Assembly: GCA_036229005.1 (NCBI GenBank) | Contig: JAZAMN010000031.1 | Coordinates: 64,001 to 128,000 of the forward strand | DNA length: 64,000 nucleotides | Direction: 5' to 3' | Source: Myxococcota bacterium | GTDB lineage: Bacteria; Myxococcota_A; UBA796; CAJQPC01 | Part shown: positions 10,809 through 19,825 of the stretch, piece by piece | Numbering within the stretch: the first letter of the stretch is position 1 | Layout of the letters: each line of letters begins with the position of its first letter | Notes under the pieces: generated by a model | What the model was told of the DNA's origin: nothing | Database searches by the model: none | What the model saw: only the letters and a program-made list of their open reading frames with translations | Translations under genes and position numbers: made by a program

Positions 10809-11567
10809 TCAGGTCTCCAGGCCCAGGCTCCCTAACCCGTGCTGCATGCCGCCTCTCCCCTCCCCCACCTGGAACTTTGCCGATTCTTGCAGCCAGGCGT
10901 TGACCCGGTCCCCCGCCAGCCCGCAGGCCCGCTCCAGAGGCGCCCCCAGCGCCAGATACGCCGCGATCGCCGAAGACAGCGTGCACCCCGTCCCGTGGTC
11001 GTTCCGGGTCTGCACAAATGGCCGGGTCCACCCCGCGACCTCGACCCCCTGCGGGCTGTAGAGCCGGTCCCGGAAGCCCCCCTCCACTCGCTGCCCCGTC
11101 ACCAGGGTCGAAGCGGCTGTGCGGCCCACCCAGCCTGCGTGCTCCACCTCCTGGACATTGGGGGTCAGCAGCACACAGCAGTCCGCCAGCGTCCCAAACG
11201 AGGTCACCTCGCCGGCGACCAGATCCTGACCGGAGCTGCTCTTGAGCACCGGATCCCAGACGGTGGGGATCCCCGTGGTGGACAGCAAGGCCCCCAGCTC
11301 GCCGGCCAGCTCCCCCTGCCCCAGCATCCCGATCTTGATGACCGCGGGGCGCATGTCGGCCAACACCACGCGCACCTGGTCCAGCACCACGTCGGTCGGC
11401 ACGGGGTGGATGCGGTGGACGCGCTGGCTGTCCTGGACCGTGACCGCCGTGATCGCGGAGGCGCCGACCAGCCCCAGGGCGTGAAAGACGCGGAGGTCCG
11501 CCTGGATACCGGCCCCCGCGCTGGAGTCGGAGCCGGCGATGGTCAGGGCGACTGGGGGAGAGGACAT
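10809..11567 (-). CDS. thiD: hydroxymethylpyrimidine/phosphomethylpyrimidine kinase
   Basis: ALTIAGSDSSAGAGIQADL, IKIGMLG, DPVL, LTPN and HGTGCTLSSAIAA motifs; ATG at 11567. Confidence 0.93.
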   Translation of the reverse strand: MSSPPVALTIAGSDSSAGAGIQADLRVFHALGLVGASAITAVTVQDSQRVHRIHPVPTDVVLDQVRVVLADMRPAVIKIGMLGQGELAGELGALLSTTGIPTVWDPVLKSSSGQDLVAGEVTSFGTLADCCVLLTPNVQEVEHAGWVGRTAASTLVTGQRVEGGFRDRLYSPQGVEVAGWTRPFVQTRNDHGTGCTLSSAIAAYLALGAPLERACGLAGDRVNAWLQESAKFQVGEGRGGMQHGLGSLGLET

Positions 11568-11596
11568 GGCATCCTTGGGGGTGTTAGGGAGGGCCG

Positions 11597-12454
11597 ATGC
11601 TGCTCTTGATCCTGGCCTGCATGCCTCAGCTTCACTCCACCGACAGTGGAGAGCCCTCCTGTTCCGCATACCTCGACCAGGACGGCGACGGGTACGGGGC
11701 TGGTGAGTGCGTGCCACCGAACACCGCCGGCAGCGTGCAGGTCGGGGGGGACTGCGACGACGACAACGCCGAGGTGAACCCCGGGGCGACCGAGATCTGC
11801 GACGGCCTGGACAACGACTGCAGCGGCTCGGTCGACGACGACGCCACCGACGCCATCCAGATGTACTCGGACCGGGACGGCGACGGCTACGGCAAGCCCA
11901 CCTCGCCCGCGACCGCCTGCCCGGGCGCCGAGGGCTACGTCGCCAATGACCAGGACTGCGACGACGAGCGCTCAGACGTCAGCCCTGACGCCCTGGAGTA
12001 CTGCGACGGCATCGACAACGACTGCGACGACCAGACCGACGAGCCGGACGCCGAGGACGCGCCCCTCTGGCACGCCGACAACGACCGCGACGGATTCGGC
12101 ACGTACAACGCCCCCTTTGGCTTTCAGTGCAACTCGCCCGGCGACCTGTATGCCCCCAACAAGGACGACTGCGACGACAGCGACGCCAACGTCTATCCTG
12201 GGCAGACCGCTTGGTTCGGCGAGCCCAGCGTGGGCGGTATCTGGGACTACGACTGCAGCGGCAGCGCCGAGCTGGAGTACCCCTACTACCCCGAGTGCGA
12301 CTCGAACTGCAGCGGGATCGCGGTGCCTGGGCTCGTCACCTTGACTGGCCTCGCGGACTGCGGCGAGTGGGGAGACCTGGCGATTGGATGCAAATGGTAC
12401 TCCCTCTGCTCGCCCTACGGCGACGTGAGCCTCGACCAGCAGCGCTGCCACTGA
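11597..12454 (+). CDS. lipoprotein with MopE-like putative metal-binding repeats
   Basis: MLLLILAC; repeated DxDGDGYG...DCDD...PGA.E.CDG.DNDC. Confidence 0.88.
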   Translation: MLLLILACMPQLHSTDSGEPSCSAYLDQDGDGYGAGECVPPNTAGSVQVGGDCDDDNAEVNPGATEICDGLDNDCSGSVDDDATDAIQMYSDRDGDGYGKPTSPATACPGAEGYVANDQDCDDERSDVSPDALEYCDGIDNDCDDQTDEPDAEDAPLWHADNDRDGFGTYNAPFGFQCNSPGDLYAPNKDDCDDSDANVYPGQTAWFGEPSVGGIWDYDCSGSAELEYPYYPECDSNCSGIAVPGLVTLTGLADCGEWGDLAIGCKWYSLCSPYGDVSLDQQRCH

Positions 12455-12471
12455 CCCCCCAACAGGACCCC

Positions 12472-13959
12472 ATGAACCAGAGCACCCCCTGGGCCCGCCT
12501 GCAGGCGCGCCTGAGCGAGATCGAGACCCTCAACCAGATCGGCAGCGTCCTGCACTGGGACCAGCAGGTCACCATGCCGGCCGGCGGCGCCAAGGCCCGG
12601 GCCACCCAGTCCGCGTTCATCACCGCCGAGCGCCACAAGCGCATGACCGCCCCCGAGCTGAGCGCCCTGGTCGAAGAGATCGCCCAGGCCCCCCAGGACG
12701 ACGTGCAGCGGGCCTCCGTGCGGAACCTGCGCCGTCAGCTCCGCCGCGCGAACGCCATGCCCGCCTCCCTGGTGCGCGAGCTCTCCGTCGCGCGCTCCGA
12801 GGCCTTCCCCGCCTGGGCCCAGGCCAAGCAGGACAAGGCCTTCCAGGCCTTCGTGCCCTACCTGGGCCGCCTGATCGAGCTCTCCCGCCAGGAGATCGCC
12901 TGCCTGCAGCAGGACGGCCAGGACCCCTACGACGTGCTGCTGGAGCCCTACGACCCCGGCACCACCGTCGCCCAGCTCGACCCCATGTTCGAGCGCCTGG
13001 GCGGCGAGCTCTCCGCCTTCCTGGAGCAGCTCTCCGGTCGACCCCACCCGGTCGAGCCTCTGACCGGCCCCTTCCCCATCGCCGGCCAGAAGGCCCTGCA
13101 CGCCGCCCTGGTCCCCACCCTCGGCTACGAGATGACCCGCGGGCGCCTGGACGAGGCCGAGCACCCCTTCACCATCGACATGGGCCCCGGCGACACCCGG
13201 ATCACCACCCACTACTACGAGGACGACCTGCTCTCCGGCCTGGGCGGCACCATCCACGAGACCGGCCACGGCCTCTACGAGCAGGGCCTCCCCGAAGCCC
13301 TCAGCGCAACGGGCGCGGGCGGCGCCGCCGGGATGGGCCTGCACGAGTCCCAGAGCCGCTTCTGGGAGAACGTCATCGGCCGCAGCCTGCCCTTCTGCGA
13401 GTGGCTGGCCCCCCAGGTCAGCGCGCACGTGGGCGTGCCCATGGACGGCCGCACCCTCTACGCCGCCAACAACCGCGTGGAGCCCGGGTTCATCCGGATC
13501 TTCGCCGACGAGGTCACCTACAACCTGCACATCGTCGTGCGCTACCAGCTCGAGCGGCAGATCTTCTCCGGCCAGTTGGACGTCCAGGACCTGGACCAGG
13601 CCTGGGCCGACGCCATGCAGGACAAGCTGGGCATCCGCCCCGGGTCCCCCGACAAGGGCGTGCTCCAGGACATCCACTGGGCGCAGGCCTACTTTGGCTA
13701 CTTCCCCAGCTACACCCTGGGGAACCTCTACGCCGCGAGCCTGGCCCGCGCGATGGAGGCGGCCCTGCCCGACATGTGGGAGCAGGTCGGTCGCGGCGAG
13801 TTCGGCGCCATCCTGGGCTGGCTGCGCACCCACGTGCACCACAAGGCCCACCTGCAGGACGCCCCCGAGATCATGGCCGCAGCCTGCGGCGAGCAGGACC
13901 ACGTGGCCAACTTCATGGCCCACGTCCGGGGCCGCCACGGAGCGCTCTACGGGGTGTAG
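12472..13959 (+). CDS. carboxypeptidase, M32 (Taq) family
   Basis: HPF, HETGHGLYEQ, HESQSRFWEN, LQDIHW and GYFPSYTLGN motifs; ATG 12472 after AGGA. Confidence 0.95.
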   Translation: MNQSTPWARLQARLSEIETLNQIGSVLHWDQQVTMPAGGAKARATQSAFITAERHKRMTAPELSALVEEIAQAPQDDVQRASVRNLRRQLRRANAMPASLVRELSVARSEAFPAWAQAKQDKAFQAFVPYLGRLIELSRQEIACLQQDGQDPYDVLLEPYDPGTTVAQLDPMFERLGGELSAFLEQLSGRPHPVEPLTGPFPIAGQKALHAALVPTLGYEMTRGRLDEAEHPFTIDMGPGDTRITTHYYEDDLLSGLGGTIHETGHGLYEQGLPEALSATGAGGAAGMGLHESQSRFWENVIGRSLPFCEWLAPQVSAHVGVPMDGRTLYAANNRVEPGFIRIFADEVTYNLHIVVRYQLERQIFSGQLDVQDLDQAWADAMQDKLGIRPGSPDKGVLQDIHWAQAYFGYFPSYTLGNLYAASLARAMEAALPDMWEQVGRGEFGAILGWLRTHVHHKAHLQDAPEIMAAACGEQDHVANFMAHVRGRHGALYGV

Positions 13960-14549
13960 GGTTCCAAGCCCTTTGGATGACTCACCCAGCGGGTCCCAGC
14001 GACAGCCAGTCGCCACGGGGCCCGTTGGTGCTCTGGGCTCGCGTACCCGATGCCCACCCGGGGCCCGTGCAGCACGCTCTGGGGTGGGGTCCCCTCCCGA
14101 AGCTCCAGCGGACCTGGGGAGAGCACGTCGTGGCCCGAGAGGCTGCGGTCGATCGCCAGCGCCTGCCCTACTTTTCCGGGGCCGGTCAGCAGCACGGGGC
14201 CGCTGCGCCCACCTCTCCGGGCTTGGATCTGCGCCAGACCGCTCACCGGCTCACAGGCCCGAACGAGGACACCGTGGCCCTGGGGCCCCGCGACGATGTT
14301 CAGCATGTGGTGGATGCCGTAGCAGAGGTAGACGTACGCGTGACCGGCCGGCCCGAACATCGGCTCGGTGCGCGCGGTGCGCCCCTTGGCCGAGTGTGCG
14401 GCGGTGTCGCTGGGGCCCCGGTAGGCCTCGACCTCGGTGATGGCCAGCGTGACCTCGCCGGCGACCAGGTGCATCCCCAGGAGCCTCCGAGCGGAGACCA
14501 GGGCGTCGTGGTGCAGGGACGCACGCTGCAGCAGATCGCCCCTGCTCAT
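13947..14549 (-). CDS. mpg: DNA-3-methyladenine glycosylase (MPG/AAG family)
   Basis: ITEVEAY.G..D.AAH, YVYLCYGIHHMLN, VLVRA, GPGKVGQAL and PRVGI motifs. Confidence 0.93.
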   Translation of the reverse strand: MSRGDLLQRASLHHDALVSARRLLGMHLVAGEVTLAITEVEAYRGPSDTAAHSAKGRTARTEPMFGPAGHAYVYLCYGIHHMLNIVAGPQGHGVLVRACEPVSGLAQIQARRGGRSGPVLLTGPGKVGQALAIDRSLSGHDVLSPGPLELREGTPPQSVLHGPRVGIGYASPEHQRAPWRLAVAGTRWVSHPKGLEPYTP

Positions 14550-15172
14550 CCCCCTGGAGCCCAGCCAAAGACCGACACCAGCACCGCGTACATCACCACC
14601 GGGATGACCAGCCCCAGGGCGCTCCCCAGCAGGTGGTAGCCCGGCTTGACCCCCGACAGCGCCAGCGCGTAGGTCACCGGCGGGTTGGCCACGAACACCG
14701 CGCGCAGGATGAACACCACCAGCAGCGGGCGCTCGTCCAGCTTGGAGAGCACGCGGCGGGCCCACTTGGCCTTGATCTCCTTGCCGGGGGTGCCGCCCAC
14801 CAGGCGCACGCCGTGGAACACGATGACGGACGCCGCGAAGGACGCGATCCAGGCGTAGAGACTCCCCCACCACACCCCCCAGGTGGCCTGGGCGAGCACG
14901 ATGAAGGGCACCGCAGGGACCTGCACGAAGTTCCCCGCGACCGTGGCGGCCACGAAGATCAGCACGCCCCAGGGGCCGGAAGACTCGATGGTCTCCCGGA
15001 TGGTCTCGAGCTCCAGCTTCTCGGTCAGCCCCGTCGCCCAGGCGATGCCCATGAAGCTGGCCAGGACCATGGCCAGGATGCCCAGACGCGCGCCCGCGGA
15101 CAGCCCCTTGGCCGCCGCTTGAGTCTCCCCCCCGGGTGCTGGCTCTCCGGGACTCTGGCCCGGGTCAGTCAC
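14546..15172 (-). CDS. TVP38/TMEM64 (VTT/DedA) membrane protein
   Basis: GPWGVLIFV, WGVWWGSLYAW, ILRAVF...YALALSGVK; hydrophobic. Confidence 0.8.
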   Translation of the reverse strand: MTDPGQSPGEPAPGGETQAAAKGLSAGARLGILAMVLASFMGIAWATGLTEKLELETIRETIESSGPWGVLIFVAATVAGNFVQVPAVPFIVLAQATWGVWWGSLYAWIASFAASVIVFHGVRLVGGTPGKEIKAKWARRVLSKLDERPLLVVFILRAVFVANPPVTYALALSGVKPGYHLLGSALGLVIPVVMYAVLVSVFGWAPGG

Positions 15173-17090
15173 AGGTGCCGCCGCCCTCTCCAGAGGTCTC
15201 GCAGGCGCCCTCGCAATACTGGTTCACCACCCCGGTCTCGACAAAGTCCCGGAGCTGGAGCTGGGCAGGTGGGCTCCGGCGAGGACACTCGTGGGTGTCC
15301 CCCTCCTTCTCGGGGGGCAGGTTCTCCACGGGCTCGGTGGAGCCGTTGGGGTAGAACCACTCGACGATCGCGCTGCCCTCGAAGGGCGCCTCGGCCTCCT
15401 CCACGCCCCAGATCTCGCGGGTCTCCGGGTACACCGTCTTGGCGCCAAAGCCCCGGGCCAGCACCTGACCGCCCAGGGTCGTGACCTGCGCGTCGCCGAT
15501 GCCGTTCTGGATCAGCACCTGCTTGGCGTACTCCCCCTCCAGGGGCTCCTGGTTCAGCGCGCGCGTCCAGCCAGCGCCCTCGGCCGGGTCCCAGACCTGC
15601 TGCATCAGCGTGATGACCATGCGGATGTCGATCTGGTTGGGGAACTTGGCCTGGAAGACCAGGAAGAAGGGCTCGAAGTCCGCGGAGCGCGAGAGCAGCA
15701 GGCTGTAGGGGCCGCCGGCCACGCCGAACACGCCGCGCTCGATCTGGTTGGACATGCCCACGTAGGCCGGGCCCAGGATGCCGCCCTGCGAGTTGCCGTA
15801 GTAGGCAAAGCGCTCGGGATCCACCAGGGACGCGCCGTCCACGGACAGCTCCTCGTCCTGGCCCAGGTCGCCGCGGATGGCCATCAGCGCCAGGTCCATC
15901 TGCACAAAGCCCTGCAGCGAGCGCTCGGGCACCTGCGCGAAGTCGCTGGGGTCGTTGACCAGCATCAACGTCAGCGGGCCGGTGTCCTCCTGGGCCATGC
16001 CGATCCAGTCGCTGGCCATCAGGATCCACTTGTTGTCGTTGGCCATCTGGCTCAGGTAGCCGGACTTGACCTCGCTGCGGGAGCCCAGCAGGCCGTGGCC
16101 GTACTGCAGCACCATCGCGGGCTCAGGGTCCTCCAGCAGGCTGCAGGGGATGCGGATCATCACCTCGGCCGTGGTGTCGCCGTTGTAGTAGGGCTGGCCG
16201 TTCTCGTCGCGGGTCAGGAAGGTCGGCGCCTTCTCGGACTCCGTGTACATGGGCACCGTCATCTCGACGTGCAGGGTCTTGCCGATGTTGGCCCCCGTCG
16301 AGCAGTCCTCCTCGTCGATGCGTGTGATCTCGTAGCTGGGCCCGCCCGCGCCCACGCGCTCCTGGGCGTCGTCCCGGATGTCCACCGCCCGCCGCAGCGA
16401 GTTCTCCTTGGACACCGTCACAAAGTCCCAGGCGAGCTGGATCTCCCCGCGCTCCCAGCCATCGTCCACCAGCACCGGGAAGATCTGGTTGTCGTACCAG
16501 TCCCGCCGCCCCTCGATGTCCCAGTCGCGGGTCTCGGTGCCATCGCGCAGGGCCACGAACGCCTCGCTCTGGTCCACCGCCTCTCCGCTGGTCTTCTGCA
16601 GGTCCCGGATGCCGACCACGTAGCGGGTGCCGTGCTCCAGGGGCGCCATCGGCCGGATGATCAGCAGGCGCTCCGCGTCGCTCTCGGAGACCATGTCCAG
16701 CTCGGCGAACACCGGGGCGCGCTCCCCCGTCTCCGCGTTGATCAGCACCACCGGCGAGCCATCGGCCACGCTGGCGCCCAGGTCGTCGTGCCCCGGCAGG
16801 TTGCTGGGGTCCAGGTCCTCGAACCAGGTCAGCAGCGGCGTGAGGGTGGAGAAGCCATCCTTCTCGTTCCAGTAGGTCGGGTGCATCTGCACGCCGTCCT
16901 GGTTCGCGGGCAGCGCGGAGTCCCCGAACGCCACCTTCCAGCCGGAGTCCTGCGAGTCGTCCTGCACCATGTTGTAGGTGCTGGGAAAAGGCAGCGCGCA
17001 GCGGGTCTCGTCCACTGGATCGCAGCCGGTGAAGACCTCGTCGATGGGGGCTTCCTTGTCGCAGGCGAGCAGGGCCAGGAGGGTCAGCAT
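15165..17090 (-). CDS. lipoprotein hydrolase (Ig-like domain + alpha/beta hydrolase)
   Basis: MLTLLALLAC; CALPFPS, DGFS, YGHGLLG, nucleophile GNSQGG. Confidence 0.8.
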   Translation of the reverse strand: MLTLLALLACDKEAPIDEVFTGCDPVDETRCALPFPSTYNMVQDDSQDSGWKVAFGDSALPANQDGVQMHPTYWNEKDGFSTLTPLLTWFEDLDPSNLPGHDDLGASVADGSPVVLINAETGERAPVFAELDMVSESDAERLLIIRPMAPLEHGTRYVVGIRDLQKTSGEAVDQSEAFVALRDGTETRDWDIEGRRDWYDNQIFPVLVDDGWERGEIQLAWDFVTVSKENSLRRAVDIRDDAQERVGAGGPSYEITRIDEEDCSTGANIGKTLHVEMTVPMYTESEKAPTFLTRDENGQPYYNGDTTAEVMIRIPCSLLEDPEPAMVLQYGHGLLGSRSEVKSGYLSQMANDNKWILMASDWIGMAQEDTGPLTLMLVNDPSDFAQVPERSLQGFVQMDLALMAIRGDLGQDEELSVDGASLVDPERFAYYGNSQGGILGPAYVGMSNQIERGVFGVAGGPYSLLLSRSADFEPFFLVFQAKFPNQIDIRMVITLMQQVWDPAEGAGWTRALNQEPLEGEYAKQVLIQNGIGDAQVTTLGGQVLARGFGAKTVYPETREIWGVEEAEAPFEGSAIVEWFYPNGSTEPVENLPPEKEGDTHECPRRSPPAQLQLRDFVETGVVNQYCEGACETSGEGGGTCD

Positions 17091-17268
17091 TTCTCTCTCC
17101 GGAGGGGGGATCTCAGGCCCACAAGCGTAGCCGAGCCCCACCGCTCGGGCCAAGGTTTGCCCACAATCGTGAACGCAATTCAGCCCATCGACGAGGACAG
17201 GCTTCCGCGCTCGGGTGGAAACGGCGGCCCGCACCGGATAGCCGCGCCTTCCTTCCTGGAGCGTCTGG

Positions 17269-18363
17269 ATGTCCCTTCAAGCCGGTATCGTCGGTCTGCC
17301 CAACGTGGGCAAGAGCACCCTCTTCAACGCCTTGACCGCGGCGGGGGCGGACAGCGCCAACTACCCCTTCTGCACCATCGAGCCGAACACCGGCGTCGTG
17401 CCCGTCCCGGATCCCCGCCTGGAGCGCATCCACAAGTTCATCCCCACCGACCGCATCCTGCCTGCCGTCGTGGAGATCGTGGACATCGCCGGTCTGGTGC
17501 GCGGCGCCTCCAAGGGCGAGGGTCTGGGCAACCAGTTCCTGGGCCACATCCGCAGCGTGGACGCCATCCTGCACGTCGTGCGCTGCTTTGACGACGGCGA
17601 CATCACCCACGTGGACGGCAGCGTCGACCCCACCCGGGACATCGCCACCATCGACACCGAGCTCATCCTGGCCGACCTGGCCAGCGTCGAGAAGCGCAAG
17701 GAGCGCGTCAGCAAGCTCGCCCGCTCCGGCGACAAGGCTGCCAAGGCCGAGATGGAGCGCTGGGACAAGCTCGTGGCCATCCTGGATGATGGTCAGGCGG
17801 CTCGGTCTGGGGACTGGGATGCGGACGAGCTGGAGTGGCTCACCAAGAGCCAGCTCATCACCGCCAAGCCCGTGCTCTACGTCTGCAACGTCGACGAGGG
17901 CAGCGTGGGCGGCAACAAGTACACCGAGATCGTCAAGGCCCACGCCGAGAGCGAGAACGCCGGCATGGTCATCATCTCCGCGCGCATCGAGTCCGAGATC
18001 TCCGAGATGGAGGACCCCGAGGACCGCGCCGAGTTCCTGAGCGACGTCGGCCTGGAGGAGCCTGGCCTTGCCCTGCTCGCCCGCGAGGCCTACCGCCTGC
18101 TCGGCCTCCGCACCTACTTCACCGCCGGCAAGAAGGAGATCCGCGCCTGGACCATCCACGACGGCGACAAGGCCCCCGCCGCCGCCGGCGTCATCCACGG
18201 CGACTTCGAGCGCGGCTTCATCCGCGCCGAGGTCTACACCGTCGAGGACCTCGAGGCGCACCACAACGAGGCCGCCCTGAAGGCCGCCGGGAAGCTGCGG
18301 GTCGAGGGGAAGGAGTATGTGGTGCAGGATGGGGACATCATGCACTTTAGGTTCAACGTCTGA
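17269..18363 (+). CDS. ychF: redox-regulated ATPase YchF
   Basis: [47 protein letters not shown]-terminal [10 protein letters not shown]. Confidence 0.98.
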   Translation: MSLQAGIVGLPNVGKSTLFNALTAAGADSANYPFCTIEPNTGVVPVPDPRLERIHKFIPTDRILPAVVEIVDIAGLVRGASKGEGLGNQFLGHIRSVDAILHVVRCFDDGDITHVDGSVDPTRDIATIDTELILADLASVEKRKERVSKLARSGDKAAKAEMERWDKLVAILDDGQAARSGDWDADELEWLTKSQLITAKPVLYVCNVDEGSVGGNKYTEIVKAHAESENAGMVIISARIESEISEMEDPEDRAEFLSDVGLEEPGLALLAREAYRLLGLRTYFTAGKKEIRAWTIHDGDKAPAAAGVIHGDFERGFIRAEVYTVEDLEAHHNEAALKAAGKLRVEGKEYVVQDGDIMHFRFNV

Positions 18364-18789
18364 CGCACCTGGAAATTGGGGTTTTTGCCCGTTTTCCGCC
18401 CACCTGGGGCCAACCTGGGTCAGAAATCGGGTTTGGTTTGGGCGGCTGCATGTAGCGCACCTGTCCGCATCGACATGAGAACCACATGCGAACCAAAAAG
18501 GAGGACGAGAACCTCTCCACCCTGCGGGACAGGACCTACGAGACGCGGGCCTCGGGCTTCCTTGCGCTGGAACGAGCGACATGAGAGGCCGGACGGGATC
18601 CGGCGGGTGCGGCAAAGCTGGACCTTCGAGTAGAAGCGAGAGGACCACCGCGTCGCCCGGACGAACGAGCCGCCGAGGTCGTCCGCGAGACTGCTCTCCG
18701 AATCTCTATCCCGGCCACGCGAAAGGAATCGAGTAGTTCAGTTGAGGAGTGAGGCGACTTCTGGCAATCTCGCCCCCCGTGAAGCACCC

Positions 18790-18855
18790 ATGACCATGCA
18801 CGAATTCTTGTCCCTACCAGAGGCCGCCCAGCTCTTCGGGGGGGCTGCGACGTGA
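18790..18855 (+). other. 21-codon ORF resembling the start of an excisionase-type HTH, overlapping the effector start
   Basis: MTMHEFLSLPEAAQLFGGAAT*; contains G7; TGA overlaps GTG 18852. Confidence 0.4.
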
Positions 18856-19601
18856 GCACGGGGCGCAGCTACCTTCAGCGCGATCTGAAGCTCCTCTGGG
18901 GGCTCGCAGCTGCTCGGTGCTCAAAGTGCCGTCGCGAGGTCGTTGCCGAGGCCACAGAAGCCGATGAAGAGGCGGTCCTGGGTGAGATTGCGCACATCGT
19001 CGCTCACGGCGACCAAGGCCCCCGCGCGGACGACTCCGTGTCGGACGACGACCGACGGAAGTATCCGAACCTGATCCTGCTCTGCGGTCATTGCCACACG
19101 CTTGTGGACAAGCAGCCGAACACCTACCAGCCCACCGACCTGCGTAGCTGGAAGAGGTACCACGAAGCCTGGGTGCGTGAGCGCTTGATGGAGGAGATGC
19201 CGGACGTGAACTTCGCCGAGTTGGAGGTGGTCAGCGCCGCGCTGGTAAACAACCCCGGAACAATCACGAGAGAGCTGACGCTGACCGATCCGGCTGAGAA
19301 GATGGAACGGAACGGCCTGACCCAGAGCGTCCTCATGGAGATCCAGATGGGCATGGTCAAGGCCAGGGAGGTCCAGCAGTTTCTCGTCGAGATGGCCAAG
19401 CTCGACGACGAGTTCCCCGAACGGCTGCGCGCCGGGTTCGTAAGGCGTTACCAAGAACACCTCGCCGAGGGCGTCGAAGGCGATGCGCTCTTCGTGGCGC
19501 TCCGGTCGTTCGCAGCGGGGGATGGTAGCTTCCGGAAGCAAGCAGCCGGGCTGGCAGTGTTGGTATACCTCTTCGAGACGTGCGAGGTCTTCGAGCGATG
19601 A
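18852..19601 (+). CDS. lmuA: HNH endonuclease effector with ABC-three-component C-terminal domain (Lamassu LmuA-like)
   Basis: CSKC...GEIAHIVA...GPR...NLILLCGHCHTLVD; C-terminal LVYLFETCEVFE. Confidence 0.85.
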   Translation: MSTGRSYLQRDLKLLWGLAAARCSKCRREVVAEATEADEEAVLGEIAHIVAHGDQGPRADDSVSDDDRRKYPNLILLCGHCHTLVDKQPNTYQPTDLRSWKRYHEAWVRERLMEEMPDVNFAELEVVSAALVNNPGTITRELTLTDPAEKMERNGLTQSVLMEIQMGMVKAREVQQFLVEMAKLDDEFPERLRAGFVRRYQEHLAEGVEGDALFVALRSFAAGDGSFRKQAAGLAVLVYLFETCEVFER

Positions 19602-19825
19602 TCCTGCCCACCAAACACATCCCAGCAGAGTCCGCGCTTCTTGGTCTCGGCGGTCGGCTCCTGGCGGAGCTTGTACGGCCCAGGACGGTCAGTTCGCTCT
19701 GGGAAGCGGTCAAGGACAGGCCGGAGATCGGTACGTTCCAGAGGTTCACCCTAGCCCTGGACCTGTTGTTCGCCATCGGAGCGGTCAGCTTCCGTGATGG
19801 CCTACTTGTACGGATGGCCGGGTGA
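19598..19825 (+). CDS. lmuC: ABC-three-component middle component (LmuC-like)
   Basis: MILPTKHI....ALLGLG...TVSSLWE...F.LALDLLFAIG; ATGA overlap with the effector. Confidence 0.85.
   Translation: MILPTKHIPAESALLGLGGRLLAELVRPRTVSSLWEAVKDRPEIGTFQRFTLALDLLFAIGAVSFRDGLLVRMAG

Noticed and set aside
11568..11596. TPP riboswitch upstream of thiD
   Set aside because: Only 29 bp separate thiD from the divergent gene and no TPP aptamer consensus is visible.
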